A DNA stretch of 64,000 nucleotides, from contig JAZDKJ010000006.1 in assembly GCA_043803105.1 (NCBI GenBank), positions 364,222 to 428,221 of the forward strand, in the 5' to 3' direction. This DNA comes from Candidatus Woesearchaeota archaeon. GTDB taxonomy: Archaea > Nanobdellota > Nanobdellia > Woesearchaeales > JAZDKJ01. The notes under the pieces were generated by a model. It was not told the DNA's origin. It worked only from the letters and a program-made list of their open reading frames with translations, and searched no databases. The translations under genes and the position numbers were made by a program. This document shows positions 53,231-62,841 of this stretch, piece after piece. Within the stretch, counting starts at the first letter, position 1; the number at the start of each line of letters is the position of its first letter.

Positions 53231-54643
53231 ATGGGTTTTTCAGAATTGGTGTCAGGTAAGCAGACAATTGCTATTGTTTGCAATCAATGGGGTGATTCAG
53301 GCAAGGGAAAGTTTGTCCACTTGTTTAGCGAGTGGGCTGACATTATCGCACGTGGTACTGGAGGTCCGAATGCAGGTCATACTGTTGTAATAAACGACAA
53401 GACATACATCTTCCACACGATCCCTTCTGGAATTTTGTATGACTGCGCTGGAAAGACTAATGTGATGGGACCTGGAATGGTTATTGATTTGAAAGGCCTT
53501 GGTGAAGAGTTGGACACGCTTGACAAAGAGCGTGCCTCATATAATCACTTGGTTATCAGCAATGCAGCAAATGTGATTTTGCCCCAGCACAAGATTCGAG
53601 ATGGTGCTGCTTTCGCATCCATGGCCAAAGGGTCTGTTGGTTCAACCGGCCGAGGCATCGGCCCTTGCTATGCTGATGCGACTGCCAGAACAGGAATTAC
53701 CTTAGCAGATCTGTTTGACAAAGATATATTGGCAAAGAAATTGAGGGAAAACCTCAAGAACTATCCTGATTTGGTTGACAAGCTAGACGTGGACGAGATT
53801 ATTGAAGAGCAGCTCAAACATTTTGAAAGAATAAGACCTTTTGTCCGCGAAACGCATTATCTTATGAACGAGTCCCTTGCTGCAGGAAAGAAGATCCTCC
53901 TGGAAGGTGCACAGGGATTATTGCTGAGCATAATGTTTGGTACCACACGATATCAGACCAGCTCTGATTGCTCTATTATCGGAACAGCTCAAGGTGTAGG
54001 CCTGAATCCAGCAGTCGTTGACTTAACTCTTGGGATAGTCAAGGCACCTTATATGACTCGTGTTGGCAACGGCCCATTCCCTACTGAGTTTGGAGGAGTA
54101 CTGGCTGAAGAGTATTGTGCAGATGTGAGCCACAACAAGAAGGTTGAACTGGCAAATTACAATCTTGAAGCGCTTCTACGCTCTCCACGCGAGTTCGACC
54201 AGGGGTTATATGCGAGAATTAAAGGAAATGAGTATGGGGCCACCACTGGCCGTCCAAGGAGAACCGGATGGATTGACTTGGTTGCCCTTCGCTATGCTGC
54301 CATGATTAACAAGAGCGCAAAGGCGAAAAGGGCTGATGTTATCATAACAAAGCCCGATGTGATGGATGAGTTTGACAAGATAAAATTATGTGTTGGCTAC
54401 ACCCTTGGGGGTGTGATCACCACCAGGTTCCCGCACCGTTCTGAACTGCTTGAACAATGTGCACCTATTTACGTAACCATGGACGGGTGGAAGACCCCAA
54501 TAAGCGACTTCAGGGATTACAATGAAATAAAGAGGAAAGCGCCAAACCTTGCCAACATTCTGTTCTTCATTGAAGAATATGCTGGTGTTAATATCAGGAG
54601 CGTATCTGTTGGCGCTGATAATGACCAAACAATCTTTAGGTGA
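53231..54643 (+). CDS. purA: adenylosuccinate synthetase
   Basis: 470-aa ORF with QWGDSGKGKF, GPNAGHT, TGRGIGPCY and GATTGRPRR motifs. Confidence 0.92.
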   Translation: MGFSELVSGKQTIAIVCNQWGDSGKGKFVHLFSEWADIIARGTGGPNAGHTVVINDKTYIFHTIPSGILYDCAGKTNVMGPGMVIDLKGLGEELDTLDKERASYNHLVISNAANVILPQHKIRDGAAFASMAKGSVGSTGRGIGPCYADATARTGITLADLFDKDILAKKLRENLKNYPDLVDKLDVDEIIEEQLKHFERIRPFVRETHYLMNESLAAGKKILLEGAQGLLLSIMFGTTRYQTSSDCSIIGTAQGVGLNPAVVDLTLGIVKAPYMTRVGNGPFPTEFGGVLAEEYCADVSHNKKVELANYNLEALLRSPREFDQGLYARIKGNEYGATTGRPRRTGWIDLVALRYAAMINKSAKAKRADVIITKPDVMDEFDKIKLCVGYTLGGVITTRFPHRSELLEQCAPIYVTMDGWKTPISDFRDYNEIKRKAPNLANILFFIEEYAGVNIRSVSVGADNDQTIFR

Positions 54644-54652
54644 GGTGTAAAA

Positions 54653-55426
54653 ATGCAAAAAACTTTAATGGATGTTTTAAAAGATTTTCCCTATCTAGGG
54701 AGGTTTGTTCTTATAGGCGTTGACCTCACAGATACATTTAATTTTATAGCCTGTGGCATCCAGGGTCGAAGCCCGCCAAGTAGAGAAAGGTATTATGAAG
54801 AAAGCACTGACAGGAAGACTCTCTCTGTAAAACCTCTTGCGTATGACAAGATGGTCCGTGAATTCCAGGGAGGCAACCTTAGCGCCAATCCAGAACTTCT
54901 GTTATACAATGTGATAAAAGCTCACCTGACCGGCGTTGCAGTCAGCAACGGAAAACAGACTGATTCGATTGCTGACCTTATACAACCTGGCCAAAAGCCA
55001 AAATCCATTCTTGAAAGAGGCTTATCCAATTGGAGTTATGAATCTGATCCTCCAAATAACACTCCAAGAGTTAACGGGGTGGTGAATGATAATCAGGCAT
55101 GCTTGGCAATTCTGAAAAAGGACAAGGATGGATCACGATTGCCACTATATTTTAACGTCCCGATGACAAGAGGCAGAGGCATGTTACTCCCAACTTATAC
55201 AGGGGTTAATATGAATCCTCTTCCTTCGTTTCAAGGCGAGCCTCTGGAATTGGAGCTCACTGCCACAACCCCAACTGAGATGGTGCTTATGCTTTATGGT
55301 GCCTTAGTGCCACAGTCAGGAGATGATTTACGCGTTGCTGTCGGAGCAATGTTCCAGAACAGGATGGACTTTTCCACAATGCTCTACAGCAAGAGCCGTT
55401 ACGAAAAACCAGTCGAGGTGAAATAA
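54653..55426 (+). CDS. purO: IMP cyclohydrolase, archaeal PurO type
   Basis: 257-aa ORF with YLGRFVLIG...GRSPPSR...AVSNGKQTD...TPR, collinear with PurO as recalled. Confidence 0.7.
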   Translation: MQKTLMDVLKDFPYLGRFVLIGVDLTDTFNFIACGIQGRSPPSRERYYEESTDRKTLSVKPLAYDKMVREFQGGNLSANPELLLYNVIKAHLTGVAVSNGKQTDSIADLIQPGQKPKSILERGLSNWSYESDPPNNTPRVNGVVNDNQACLAILKKDKDGSRLPLYFNVPMTRGRGMLLPTYTGVNMNPLPSFQGEPLELELTATTPTEMVLMLYGALVPQSGDDLRVAVGAMFQNRMDFSTMLYSKSRYEKPVEVK

Positions 55427-55427
55427 G

Positions 55428-56891
55428 ATGGCAGCAATGCGAGAAGAGAAGCAGAAGTATTTCAACAGGATGCAGGATAATTTCCCGCAAGCACTCCTGG
55501 TTGGCTTCGCTGATTTGGATGCATCCAAAATACTGGCTGTCAACGTCTCACACCTCAACCAACATGGAGAAACCATAGAGACGACTCTCCAGCCATTAGC
55601 CTACCGCAAAGTGACTTGGACTCTTCCTAATGCAAAAGGTGAGTTGGAAGAGATGGGTTTGCGTTACGGAGACAATCCTGACCAAAAATCTGCTATGTTC
55701 AAATTAGTGGGAGGAAATCTTGCTCTTGCAGCCTGTAAGTTTGTTGGAGCAAATAACGGGCTTGTAAGTGCAATAACTGAGGCTGACATGATCCAAGCAG
55801 GTAAGCATCCAGGTAAAACAAACCTTACTGATGTGGATTCCGCGCTGAATATACTTAGGTATTTGGGTGAAAAACCGGCATGCGCTATAATGAAGCACAA
55901 CAATCCCTCCGGCTTAGCCTATGGAGGTTCTTCTGAAGTGACAGGTGCTGCCTTCGGGTCTGACGTCTCCGAAGCATACAGGAAGGCAAATGATGCTGAC
56001 AGGATAGCTGCTTTTGGTGGGGCTGCTGTTTTCAATAAGCCCATAGATACAGTCACAGCAGAAATGATTAATCGCAATTACCTGGAGGTGGTCTGTGCCC
56101 CGGACTTTGAAAGAGGTGCTGTTGAAATCCTTAAGGGTAGGAAGAACTTGAGAATAATTCGCTTGGACAATATCAATCGCCTAGAGAATTATTCAACCAC
56201 CCAGATTATTGATTTTAAGGCATTGATGGATGGTGGGTTCATAGTCCAGGAGTCCCAGGTGAATAAGGTTCGTTCATTGGCAGACCTGAAAAGAGCCAGT
56301 CACAAAGGTTATCAGACAGAACGGTGGCCCCCAGACCCCAACGAAGTTAGGGACATGATTTTTGGTGTGGCAGTAGAGTGTGGGGTTACATCAAACTCTG
56401 TCCTTTACGTTAAGGACGAAACAACAGTATCTGTTGGGACAGGTCAGCAGGACAGGCTTGATGTTACAGTCTATGCCATAGCTAAAGCGTATAGAAAGCG
56501 CCGTGACAGGGAATGTTTCAAAGAGTTTGGTATTCCCTATCCAGCGCTTGAAACAATGATATTTCACAAAGAGCAAGGCATAGACAGGGATTATGGAAGC
56601 ACTGCGGTCAATAACGCTAACCTGAACGGAGTTGGTATGCTAAGAGAGTGGAAAAAAGAGATAGATGCAAGAGTCAACAGTATACATGGTGGATTGATTG
56701 GCGCGACAAAGGTTTCAGACGCTTTCTTCCCTGAGCCTGACGCCATCGATTACTCGCTTATGGAATTCATTTCCGCAGTTGTGCATCCCGAAGGTTCGGA
56801 TAAGGATTGGGCTACCATTGATGCCTGCAATAAGGCTAAGCCGAGGCCAGTTATTGTGGCGCATACAACTCAGAGATTGTTCAAGCACTGA
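55428..56891 (+). CDS. purH: AICAR transformylase (PurH AICARFT domain only)
   Basis: 487-aa ORF with LRYGDNPDQ, MKHNNPSG and AAFGGAAVFN motifs. Confidence 0.85.
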   Translation: MAAMREEKQKYFNRMQDNFPQALLVGFADLDASKILAVNVSHLNQHGETIETTLQPLAYRKVTWTLPNAKGELEEMGLRYGDNPDQKSAMFKLVGGNLALAACKFVGANNGLVSAITEADMIQAGKHPGKTNLTDVDSALNILRYLGEKPACAIMKHNNPSGLAYGGSSEVTGAAFGSDVSEAYRKANDADRIAAFGGAAVFNKPIDTVTAEMINRNYLEVVCAPDFERGAVEILKGRKNLRIIRLDNINRLENYSTTQIIDFKALMDGGFIVQESQVNKVRSLADLKRASHKGYQTERWPPDPNEVRDMIFGVAVECGVTSNSVLYVKDETTVSVGTGQQDRLDVTVYAIAKAYRKRRDRECFKEFGIPYPALETMIFHKEQGIDRDYGSTAVNNANLNGVGMLREWKKEIDARVNSIHGGLIGATKVSDAFFPEPDAIDYSLMEFISAVVHPEGSDKDWATIDACNKAKPRPVIVAHTTQRLFKH

Positions 56892-56893
56892 GA

Positions 56894-57850
56894 ATGTTAA
56901 ACAACAAAACCCTCGAGTCAGCCCTGTCAATACTTGGCTCTCTTGGTCCAGGACCTGCCTGCCTTATCTATAATGATGGCATGCTCTCGAGTGCTGCATG
57001 CAGCATTTCTGCTGCTGACGCTTTCGAGAAGGCTCGTGATAGTTGCTGGACAGGAACCATTGCAGGCTCTGCATTCTTCAACAGGCCTCTGTGCTTGGAC
57101 ACAGCTAAAATGATTGAAGAGACTGATCTTCTTCAGGTGTACGCTCCTTCATTTGATGATAAGGCAGTGAAGGTTTTAGAGAAGAAGACGATGGTTCCAA
57201 TAAACCTCAATAAAGCGCCAAACACAATTCAACTAATTTGCTTGAATAAGCGGAATAGTCAGTTGCGCACTTCTTTTTCTGCTCAGCAAAATGATTTGTA
57301 CTTGGCCATTGCGTGCATGCAAGATACGCCATCCCGTGCCCTGGTATTAGCCAAGGAAAGCAAGACTGCCGCGATTGTTGCGTCTGAAACACTGGAGGAT
57401 TGTGCTTTGCTTGCGTTGAGGGACGCAGGGAGAAACTATAAGAACATGATTTGTTACAATGATTACCATCTCTCCTATGACTTTCTTGAAAGCAGCATCT
57501 CCTGCGTCGCCCTCAGAGTGATTACAGAGCCAGAGGCAATTGCCAAAATTGAGGATATACAAGCAAGGAGTAAGATCATTGGTGGTGCTGTTAAGGTAGA
57601 AAAGCTTAGTGTAATGGACACCATAAACAAGCTTGCCAATCAAGACAGGTCGGGTCTTAATTACGCTGTTGCAGTCACCAAATGCGAATTTGACATGGCC
57701 ACCCTTAGCTTTCTTGCTGACAAAGGCATAATTGCTGTGGCACAGCCAAGCCATAATCCTGAGATTGAAAAAGGATGCCGTAAATTAGACCTTACTTTGT
57801 TGCTCTATCACATTAATGAAAAGCCAAAATGCTGCGAGGTGCGAATATGA
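56894..57850 (+). CDS. AICARFT-like paralog lacking the KHxNPxG motif
   Basis: 318-aa ORF. AADAFEKARDSCWTGTIAGSAFFNRPLCLDTAKMIEE...VYAPSFDDKAVKVLEKK aligns with the PurH core, but the position of the KH.NP motif reads IYNDGML. Confidence 0.6.
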   Translation: MLNNKTLESALSILGSLGPGPACLIYNDGMLSSAACSISAADAFEKARDSCWTGTIAGSAFFNRPLCLDTAKMIEETDLLQVYAPSFDDKAVKVLEKKTMVPINLNKAPNTIQLICLNKRNSQLRTSFSAQQNDLYLAIACMQDTPSRALVLAKESKTAAIVASETLEDCALLALRDAGRNYKNMICYNDYHLSYDFLESSISCVALRVITEPEAIAKIEDIQARSKIIGGAVKVEKLSVMDTINKLANQDRSGLNYAVAVTKCEFDMATLSFLADKGIIAVAQPSHNPEIEKGCRKLDLTLLLYHINEKPKCCEVRI

Positions 57851-58884
57851 ATGATAAAAAAGAATTTATGACTTACAAAGGTTCAGGTGTGGATGTTGAA
57901 AAAGGTGAGGCTGTTGCAAAAAATCTGGAGGAAGAATTGGGCTCGACTCTTAACGACCATGTGGTTCCAGGAAAGTCTGGATTCAAGAGGTTTTGGAGGG
58001 ACGAAAATCATACTTATGTTGCAGGTGCTGACGGTGTTGGAACAAAGCTCAAGGTTGGATTCTTGCTAAAAAAGATTGACACTGTAGGCATAGACCTGGT
58101 TGCAATGTGCATTAACGATATTGTCAGGGTGGGTGCAGAGCCAATGTTCTTTCTTGATTATCTTGCTACCGGTAAATTGGATGAAGGTGACCATCTTAAG
58201 ATTGTCAGTGGAATCGTAGAAGGCTGCAGGCGTGCAGGGGTTCCTTTGCTGGGAGGCGAGACTGCTGAACTGCCAGGGTTCTACTCGCCTAAAGAATTTG
58301 ATCTTGCAGGTTTTGCAGTTGGCAGAGCGAAACACCAAGATCTGATTGACGGCACCAATATAAAGGTTGGGGCTGCGCTTTTAGGCATTGAGTCATCAGG
58401 CCTGCACAGCAATGGCTACTCTTTGGCGAGAAAGGTGCTTATGGAAAAGCTAGGCCTTGGAATGTTTGATTATGTGGCCAAGCTTAGGTGCACAGTTGGA
58501 CAAGAGCTGATAAGGTCAACCATCATCTACTCCAAGCCAGTTCTTGATCTACTGAGTCACTTTCCTGGCCAGGTTCAGGGAATGGCTCATGTTAGTGGAG
58601 GAGGTATGCCAAACAAGGTTCCAAAATGTTTTCCTGAAGGCTGCGGCGCAGTCATAAATGAGGGCAGCTGGCCTGTGCATCAGATTTTCTCGTACATTGC
58701 AGAGAACGGCCCAGTTGCACCTGAGGAAATGAGAAGGACCTTCAACATGGGTATTGGTATGGTTATGGTAATAAACGACAAGGGTGTGGTGCCAGAGATA
58801 TCTTCGCTTTTGTTGGAAAGCCACAAACTCAAGAGTTATGACATAGGCAACATTGTTGCTGGCAGAGGATTGCAGTATATCTAG
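57847..58884 (+). CDS. purM: phosphoribosylformylglycinamidine cyclo-ligase (AIR synthetase)
   Basis: ATG at 57847 after a GAGGTG SD, with an ATGA overlap with the previous gene. Contains YKGSGVDV, DGVGTKL and GGETAE motifs. Confidence 0.92.
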   Translation: MNDKKEFMTYKGSGVDVEKGEAVAKNLEEELGSTLNDHVVPGKSGFKRFWRDENHTYVAGADGVGTKLKVGFLLKKIDTVGIDLVAMCINDIVRVGAEPMFFLDYLATGKLDEGDHLKIVSGIVEGCRRAGVPLLGGETAELPGFYSPKEFDLAGFAVGRAKHQDLIDGTNIKVGAALLGIESSGLHSNGYSLARKVLMEKLGLGMFDYVAKLRCTVGQELIRSTIIYSKPVLDLLSHFPGQVQGMAHVSGGGMPNKVPKCFPEGCGAVINEGSWPVHQIFSYIAENGPVAPEEMRRTFNMGIGMVMVINDKGVVPEISSLLLESHKLKSYDIGNIVAGRGLQYI

Positions 58885-58905
58885 CACCAAACCTTTTTAA
58901 AGCAA

Positions 58906-59913
58906 GTGCCTTATCGGGCTTTTATGTTCTTAGACAGATTGGGCAAGGTTGAGCACTCCAAGTTCTATGTAGAGCTTGCTATAAGGCACGCTAATGCGCG
59001 ATGCAAGCTCTTGAAGCAGAAACTGCCTGTCAAGGAACGCCTGCTAAGGGAGAAAAAGGTTGGCTCTTACAGGCTGCAGATGATTGACAAGTATTTGGGA
59101 GCAGAGCTTAACAGGCTCATAGCCTGCTTTCCAGACTTTGAGTCTATTCCTGTCTTCTACCTTGAGCTTGTCAAGCTCACAACAGATTATGAGGCGACAA
59201 CGTCAGCATTAAAAAAGCTTGATTGGCTGAGAAGAAGCACGCGCTCATTGGCTAAGGCATATATTGACAGGATTTCAAAACGTAATGACATTAAATTTAT
59301 TCTCTCCAGCGAGAAAGCATTTTATGGCAGGCTTTTCGGCTTAGCAAGGAAGGTCGACCCTAGCTTAGAAGTCCTTGAGACGGTTAGGAAGGTCATGAGA
59401 GAATACCCTGTTGTAAAGACCTCGTTGTTCACTGTTGCTATTGCAGGCTTTCCAAATGTCGGCAAGACCACTCTGCTTTTCAAGCTGACAGGTTCACAGC
59501 CAGAGATAAAGAACTATGCCTTCACAACAAAAGGCATCAACACTGCTTACATGTCTTTTGAGTCAAGGAAGGTTCAGCTTCTTGACACCCCCGGCACTTT
59601 GGACAGGATTGAGAAGATGAACAATCTTGAAAAACAGTCTTTCCTTGCAATACAGCATCTTGCAAACTGCATAGTCTATGTTTTTGATGTTACAGAATCT
59701 TATCCTCTTGATGACCAGATAAAGCTTTACCTCAGGTTAAAGGAGCTTGACAAGCCGATGATTGTGTATGCCTCAAAGACTGACATTTCCAAGGATAACC
59801 TTGCACTGCTTTCAGATTATGAGCCGATCACTGACTTACAGATTCTTCAGGAAAAGTTGAAATCCTTGGCAGAAAAATCCGATATTCTGCCACCGCCATC
59901 TTCAGATTCTTAG
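58906..59913 (+). CDS. NOG1-type GTPase
   Basis: 335-aa ORF with an N-terminal NOG1-like helical domain, followed by GFPNVGKTTLL, DTPG and SKTD motifs. Confidence 0.8.
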   Translation: MPYRAFMFLDRLGKVEHSKFYVELAIRHANARCKLLKQKLPVKERLLREKKVGSYRLQMIDKYLGAELNRLIACFPDFESIPVFYLELVKLTTDYEATTSALKKLDWLRRSTRSLAKAYIDRISKRNDIKFILSSEKAFYGRLFGLARKVDPSLEVLETVRKVMREYPVVKTSLFTVAIAGFPNVGKTTLLFKLTGSQPEIKNYAFTTKGINTAYMSFESRKVQLLDTPGTLDRIEKMNNLEKQSFLAIQHLANCIVYVFDVTESYPLDDQIKLYLRLKELDKPMIVYASKTDISKDNLALLSDYEPITDLQILQEKLKSLAEKSDILPPPSSDS

Positions 59914-60966
59914 CCTCTCATCATCAATGTATATGGTTGGATTTCTGAAGACCTGGTCAAGGTGCGTGCTAGAATACACGCTTCCTCCGAACCATTCGTT
60001 GCTTCCTATGGCTATATGAGCAGTGCCTAATGTTTTCTCATTAATTAGGTTTGGCCCCATTATCTTTGCGTTTGGGTTTATGCCTATGCCAAGCTCCCCT
60101 ATCCTTCTTGTTCCTGCAGGATTTTTCTTTTCTGCAGCACAAAGTGTTTTTTCAAGAAGCTCTGCCTCTTCCCCGCCTTTGATGCTTGTTATCTCTCCCC
60201 TGCTCACGTCCAGCACTATCGGTTCTCTGACAAGGATTGTCTGGTCTTTGATCTTTGCGGAGCCGTCGATTACAACTCGCCCGTCAACTCCCTTTCCGTT
60301 TGGTGCTATGTAAACCTCTCCTGCAGGGATGTTCCCTCCCGATCTCGGCTCATCATAGTTTGCAGTATTGGCTACAGCATATTTCCTGCTTATGTCTATC
60401 GTCACGTCAGTTCCTGCAGGGCTTGTTACCCTTACTGTGTTCCCGTTGTCAAGCTTCTGCTTGATCAATGAGGCCCTCCTCTGCATTTCGCCGTAGTCAA
60501 CATCTATCGCTGCCACCAGGGCGCCAAACTGTTTTGTTGTCAGTTCCTGCAAGCTCACTGTTGTTGCGAATTTATGTGCCTGAGACTTAGCATATCTCCT
60601 GAAGCTTTTGCCCAGCACTTTGGCGCTGCTCAACTTGCCGCTAATCGCTATGGCAAGTGCATTGCACTCATTGAACTCTGACAATGCCTTTACAAGAGGA
60701 TCATCCTCTGTTGAGTGGATCTTTTTGGGCTCCTGTACAACAAGGCTGTACTTTAGCCCTAGTCTTTTTGCTGCCAGGAGATAGCATCCGGTCATGATGG
60801 CAGATGCTCGCCTGTCTTCATAGCCATAGTCTCCGATTATCAGGAGGTACTCCTTCCTTAGCCCAAGTGATTTTGTAAGAAGGGATTCAAATACAGGATA
60901 GTGCCGTTCTGCAACATGAAATAGGCTGTTTTCCTTTAGCCACTGCACAAATTCTTGGGGTGTCAT
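59902..60966 (-). CDS. M29-family aminopeptidase (aminopeptidase T-like)
   Basis: The ORF-track ORF runs to 61026. The start is likely MTPQEF at 60966, 26 nt downstream of TATAAAAA (60993-61000). C-terminal GTAHIAIGSN...STHLD. Confidence 0.75.
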   Translation of the reverse strand: MTPQEFVQWLKENSLFHVAERHYPVFESLLTKSLGLRKEYLLIIGDYGYEDRRASAIMTGCYLLAAKRLGLKYSLVVQEPKKIHSTEDDPLVKALSEFNECNALAIAISGKLSSAKVLGKSFRRYAKSQAHKFATTVSLQELTTKQFGALVAAIDVDYGEMQRRASLIKQKLDNGNTVRVTSPAGTDVTIDISRKYAVANTANYDEPRSGGNIPAGEVYIAPNGKGVDGRVVIDGSAKIKDQTILVREPIVLDVSRGEITSIKGGEEAELLEKTLCAAEKKNPAGTRRIGELGIGINPNAKIMGPNLINEKTLGTAHIAIGSNEWFGGSVYSSTHLDQVFRNPTIYIDDERLRI

Positions 60967-61045
60967 CTCTCTGCCTTTGTTCTGTGAGGGGGTTTTTATA
61001 CTTTTTCCCAAAATTACAGTACACAACGTGCCCCGATTACAAAGG

Positions 61046-61053
61046 TTTTTAAA
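61046..61053 (+). promoter_or_regulatory. TATA box (TTTTTAAA) 22 nt upstream of the rpl21e ATG
   Basis: Read directly. Leaderless spacing. Confidence 0.45.
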
Positions 61054-61075
61054 GACTCACAAATTTTTTTAACCT

Positions 61076-61366
61076 ATGACCAAGCGCATAGGCAAGGGCC
61101 GAAAAGGCACCAGGCACATCTACAGGAAAAAGCCTGCTTTGCGTGGAAAGGTTCCTATAAGAAAGTTCATGCAGAAATTTGCTGTAGGAGACAAAGTGAT
61201 GCTAAAGCTCGATCCTTTCTACCAGAAAGGTGTTTATTTCCCAAGGGTTCATTGTAAGGTCGGTGTAGTCAAAGGCAGCACAGGCAGGTGCTATCGAGTG
61301 GAGATTTCTGACAGGAAAAAACAAAAGATTTTTATTGTCAATCCAGTTCATCTGAAGAAGGTGTAA
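61076..61366 (+). CDS. rpl21e: 50S ribosomal protein L21e
   Basis: 96-aa ORF: GKGRKGTRHIYRKK...GDKV...GRCYRVEI. Confidence 0.92.
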   Translation: MTKRIGKGRKGTRHIYRKKPALRGKVPIRKFMQKFAVGDKVMLKLDPFYQKGVYFPRVHCKVGVVKGSTGRCYRVEISDRKKQKIFIVNPVHLKKV

Positions 61367-61368
61367 TT

Positions 61369-61719
61369 TTGGCAAGACTTGAAGTTTTCAGCGAAACTCC
61401 CATATCGTATTCTGTGCTAGCTTCTGAACTTAAGAGGATAAAGAAGCGCGACAAGGAATTGAGTTTTCGCGCCCTGAAGACTGAGGAATACCTTCAGCAA
61501 ATCATTGTTCTTGAAGAGGATAAGGCCAAGGAGTTATTGGAAAAGCTTAACAAGCTAAATGTCCCAAGGCTTAAGGAAAACCACATGATAAAGCTCATTG
61601 ACCTCCTGCCGACCTCACCCGAAGAGGTTAAGCTTATTCTCCAGGGATATACCATCACAGTCAATCAAGATAATCTGAAGAAGATTTCAAAGACATTTGA
61701 AGAGTTTATGGCCAAGTGA
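61369..61719 (+). CDS. rpoF: RNA polymerase subunit F (Rpb4 homolog)
   Basis: 116-aa ORF with a TTG start. Conserved rpl21e-rpoF-DUF655 gene order. Confidence 0.75.
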   Translation: MARLEVFSETPISYSVLASELKRIKKRDKELSFRALKTEEYLQQIIVLEEDKAKELLEKLNKLNVPRLKENHMIKLIDLLPTSPEEVKLILQGYTITVNQDNLKKISKTFEEFMAK

Positions 61720-61808
61720 ATACTGCCATAAGGGGTTTTCTTGCTAGCTTTTAGCATAAGGTTTATATAGTCAGCCGGTTGTGATTCCTTGCAATTAGGG
61801 GGATTGTA

Positions 61809-62372
61809 ATGGAAAAGCAGACGATTAGAGAAGAGACAGCTGTAGTGTTAGACTCCCTGCCGAACGGCTATCCCTTTGACACGCGCCCCAGCCACATCAA
61901 GACCCCTATAGTCCAGGCGCTTGGCAAGACTCATTTTTCCCTGCTCGAGCTTGTGCCCAAGAAGGGTGTTTCTATCAAGCCTAATGAGGATATTTACATC
62001 GGTGAGGGCAAGAGGGATAAGATACATCATATCCTCGGAAAGCTTCCATTTTCCAAGCTAACAAGTACCGCAAAGTCTGAGCTCGAGTTTGTTGTTGCAG
62101 ACATAGTCGCGAAGGATGAGCAGCATTTCGTTGACTTCTTTAATACTGCTCAGCCCCTAACAATGAGGATGCACCAGCTTGAGCTTCTGCCAGGTGTGGG
62201 GAAGAAGCACATGTGGGAGATCCTGGCAAAGCGGGACGAGTTGAAGTTCGCAAGCTTTGACGACATCAAGTATAGGGTAAAGCTGATGCCTGACCCAAAG
62301 AAGACAATCGTCAAAAGGATTATCATAGAAATTGAAGGCTCGGAAAAGCATCATATTTTCATAGACTCATAA
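61809..62372 (+). CDS. DUF655-family RNA-binding protein
   Basis: 187-aa ORF: AVVLDSLPNGYP...HHILGKL...LELLPGVGKKHMWEIL. Confidence 0.8.
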   Translation: MEKQTIREETAVVLDSLPNGYPFDTRPSHIKTPIVQALGKTHFSLLELVPKKGVSIKPNEDIYIGEGKRDKIHHILGKLPFSKLTSTAKSELEFVVADIVAKDEQHFVDFFNTAQPLTMRMHQLELLPGVGKKHMWEILAKRDELKFASFDDIKYRVKLMPDPKKTIVKRIIIEIEGSEKHHIFIDS

Positions 62373-62387
62373 AAAAAGAGGTGCAGT

Positions 62388-62777
62388 ATGGCAAATGAGA
62401 GTGTTGACGACTTGGAAGTTCCGCTCTTCCCACGTCCATCTGATAATATACCAAAACCTGGATTCTTTACAAAGCTTTTCAACAGACGCAAGACTGCAGA
62501 GCCTCAGCCAGAGCTGGCTGTGCCATCAGTAGTACCTCCTCAAGAGGAATCTAAAGCGCTTGAGGTAGTGCTCCCGCAGATTAAGATGCTTGAGATCAAC
62601 AGTCAGGCGTTGAAAAAAGAGGCAAAAAAGAAAGCTAAAAAGCAGGAGATAAAACCTCCGCTTGATGCAAAACAAGCTGCACTCCAGACCAAGATTAAGT
62701 CTTTTGATGAGGAGCTTTCCAGTATAAACACTGATATTGCAAAGCTTAACGATGAGCTGACAAAGACTAAGGTTTAA
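62388..62777 (+). CDS. coiled-coil protein, hypothetical
   Basis: 129-aa ORF with a GAGGTG SD. Confidence 0.45.
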   Translation: MANESVDDLEVPLFPRPSDNIPKPGFFTKLFNRRKTAEPQPELAVPSVVPPQEESKALEVVLPQIKMLEINSQALKKEAKKKAKKQEIKPPLDAKQAALQTKIKSFDEELSSINTDIAKLNDELTKTKV

Positions 62778-62841
62778 GGAAATAATATTGCATTATTGTA
62801 CCTTCACGATAAATTTCTTCTGCAATATCTGCATAAATCAA

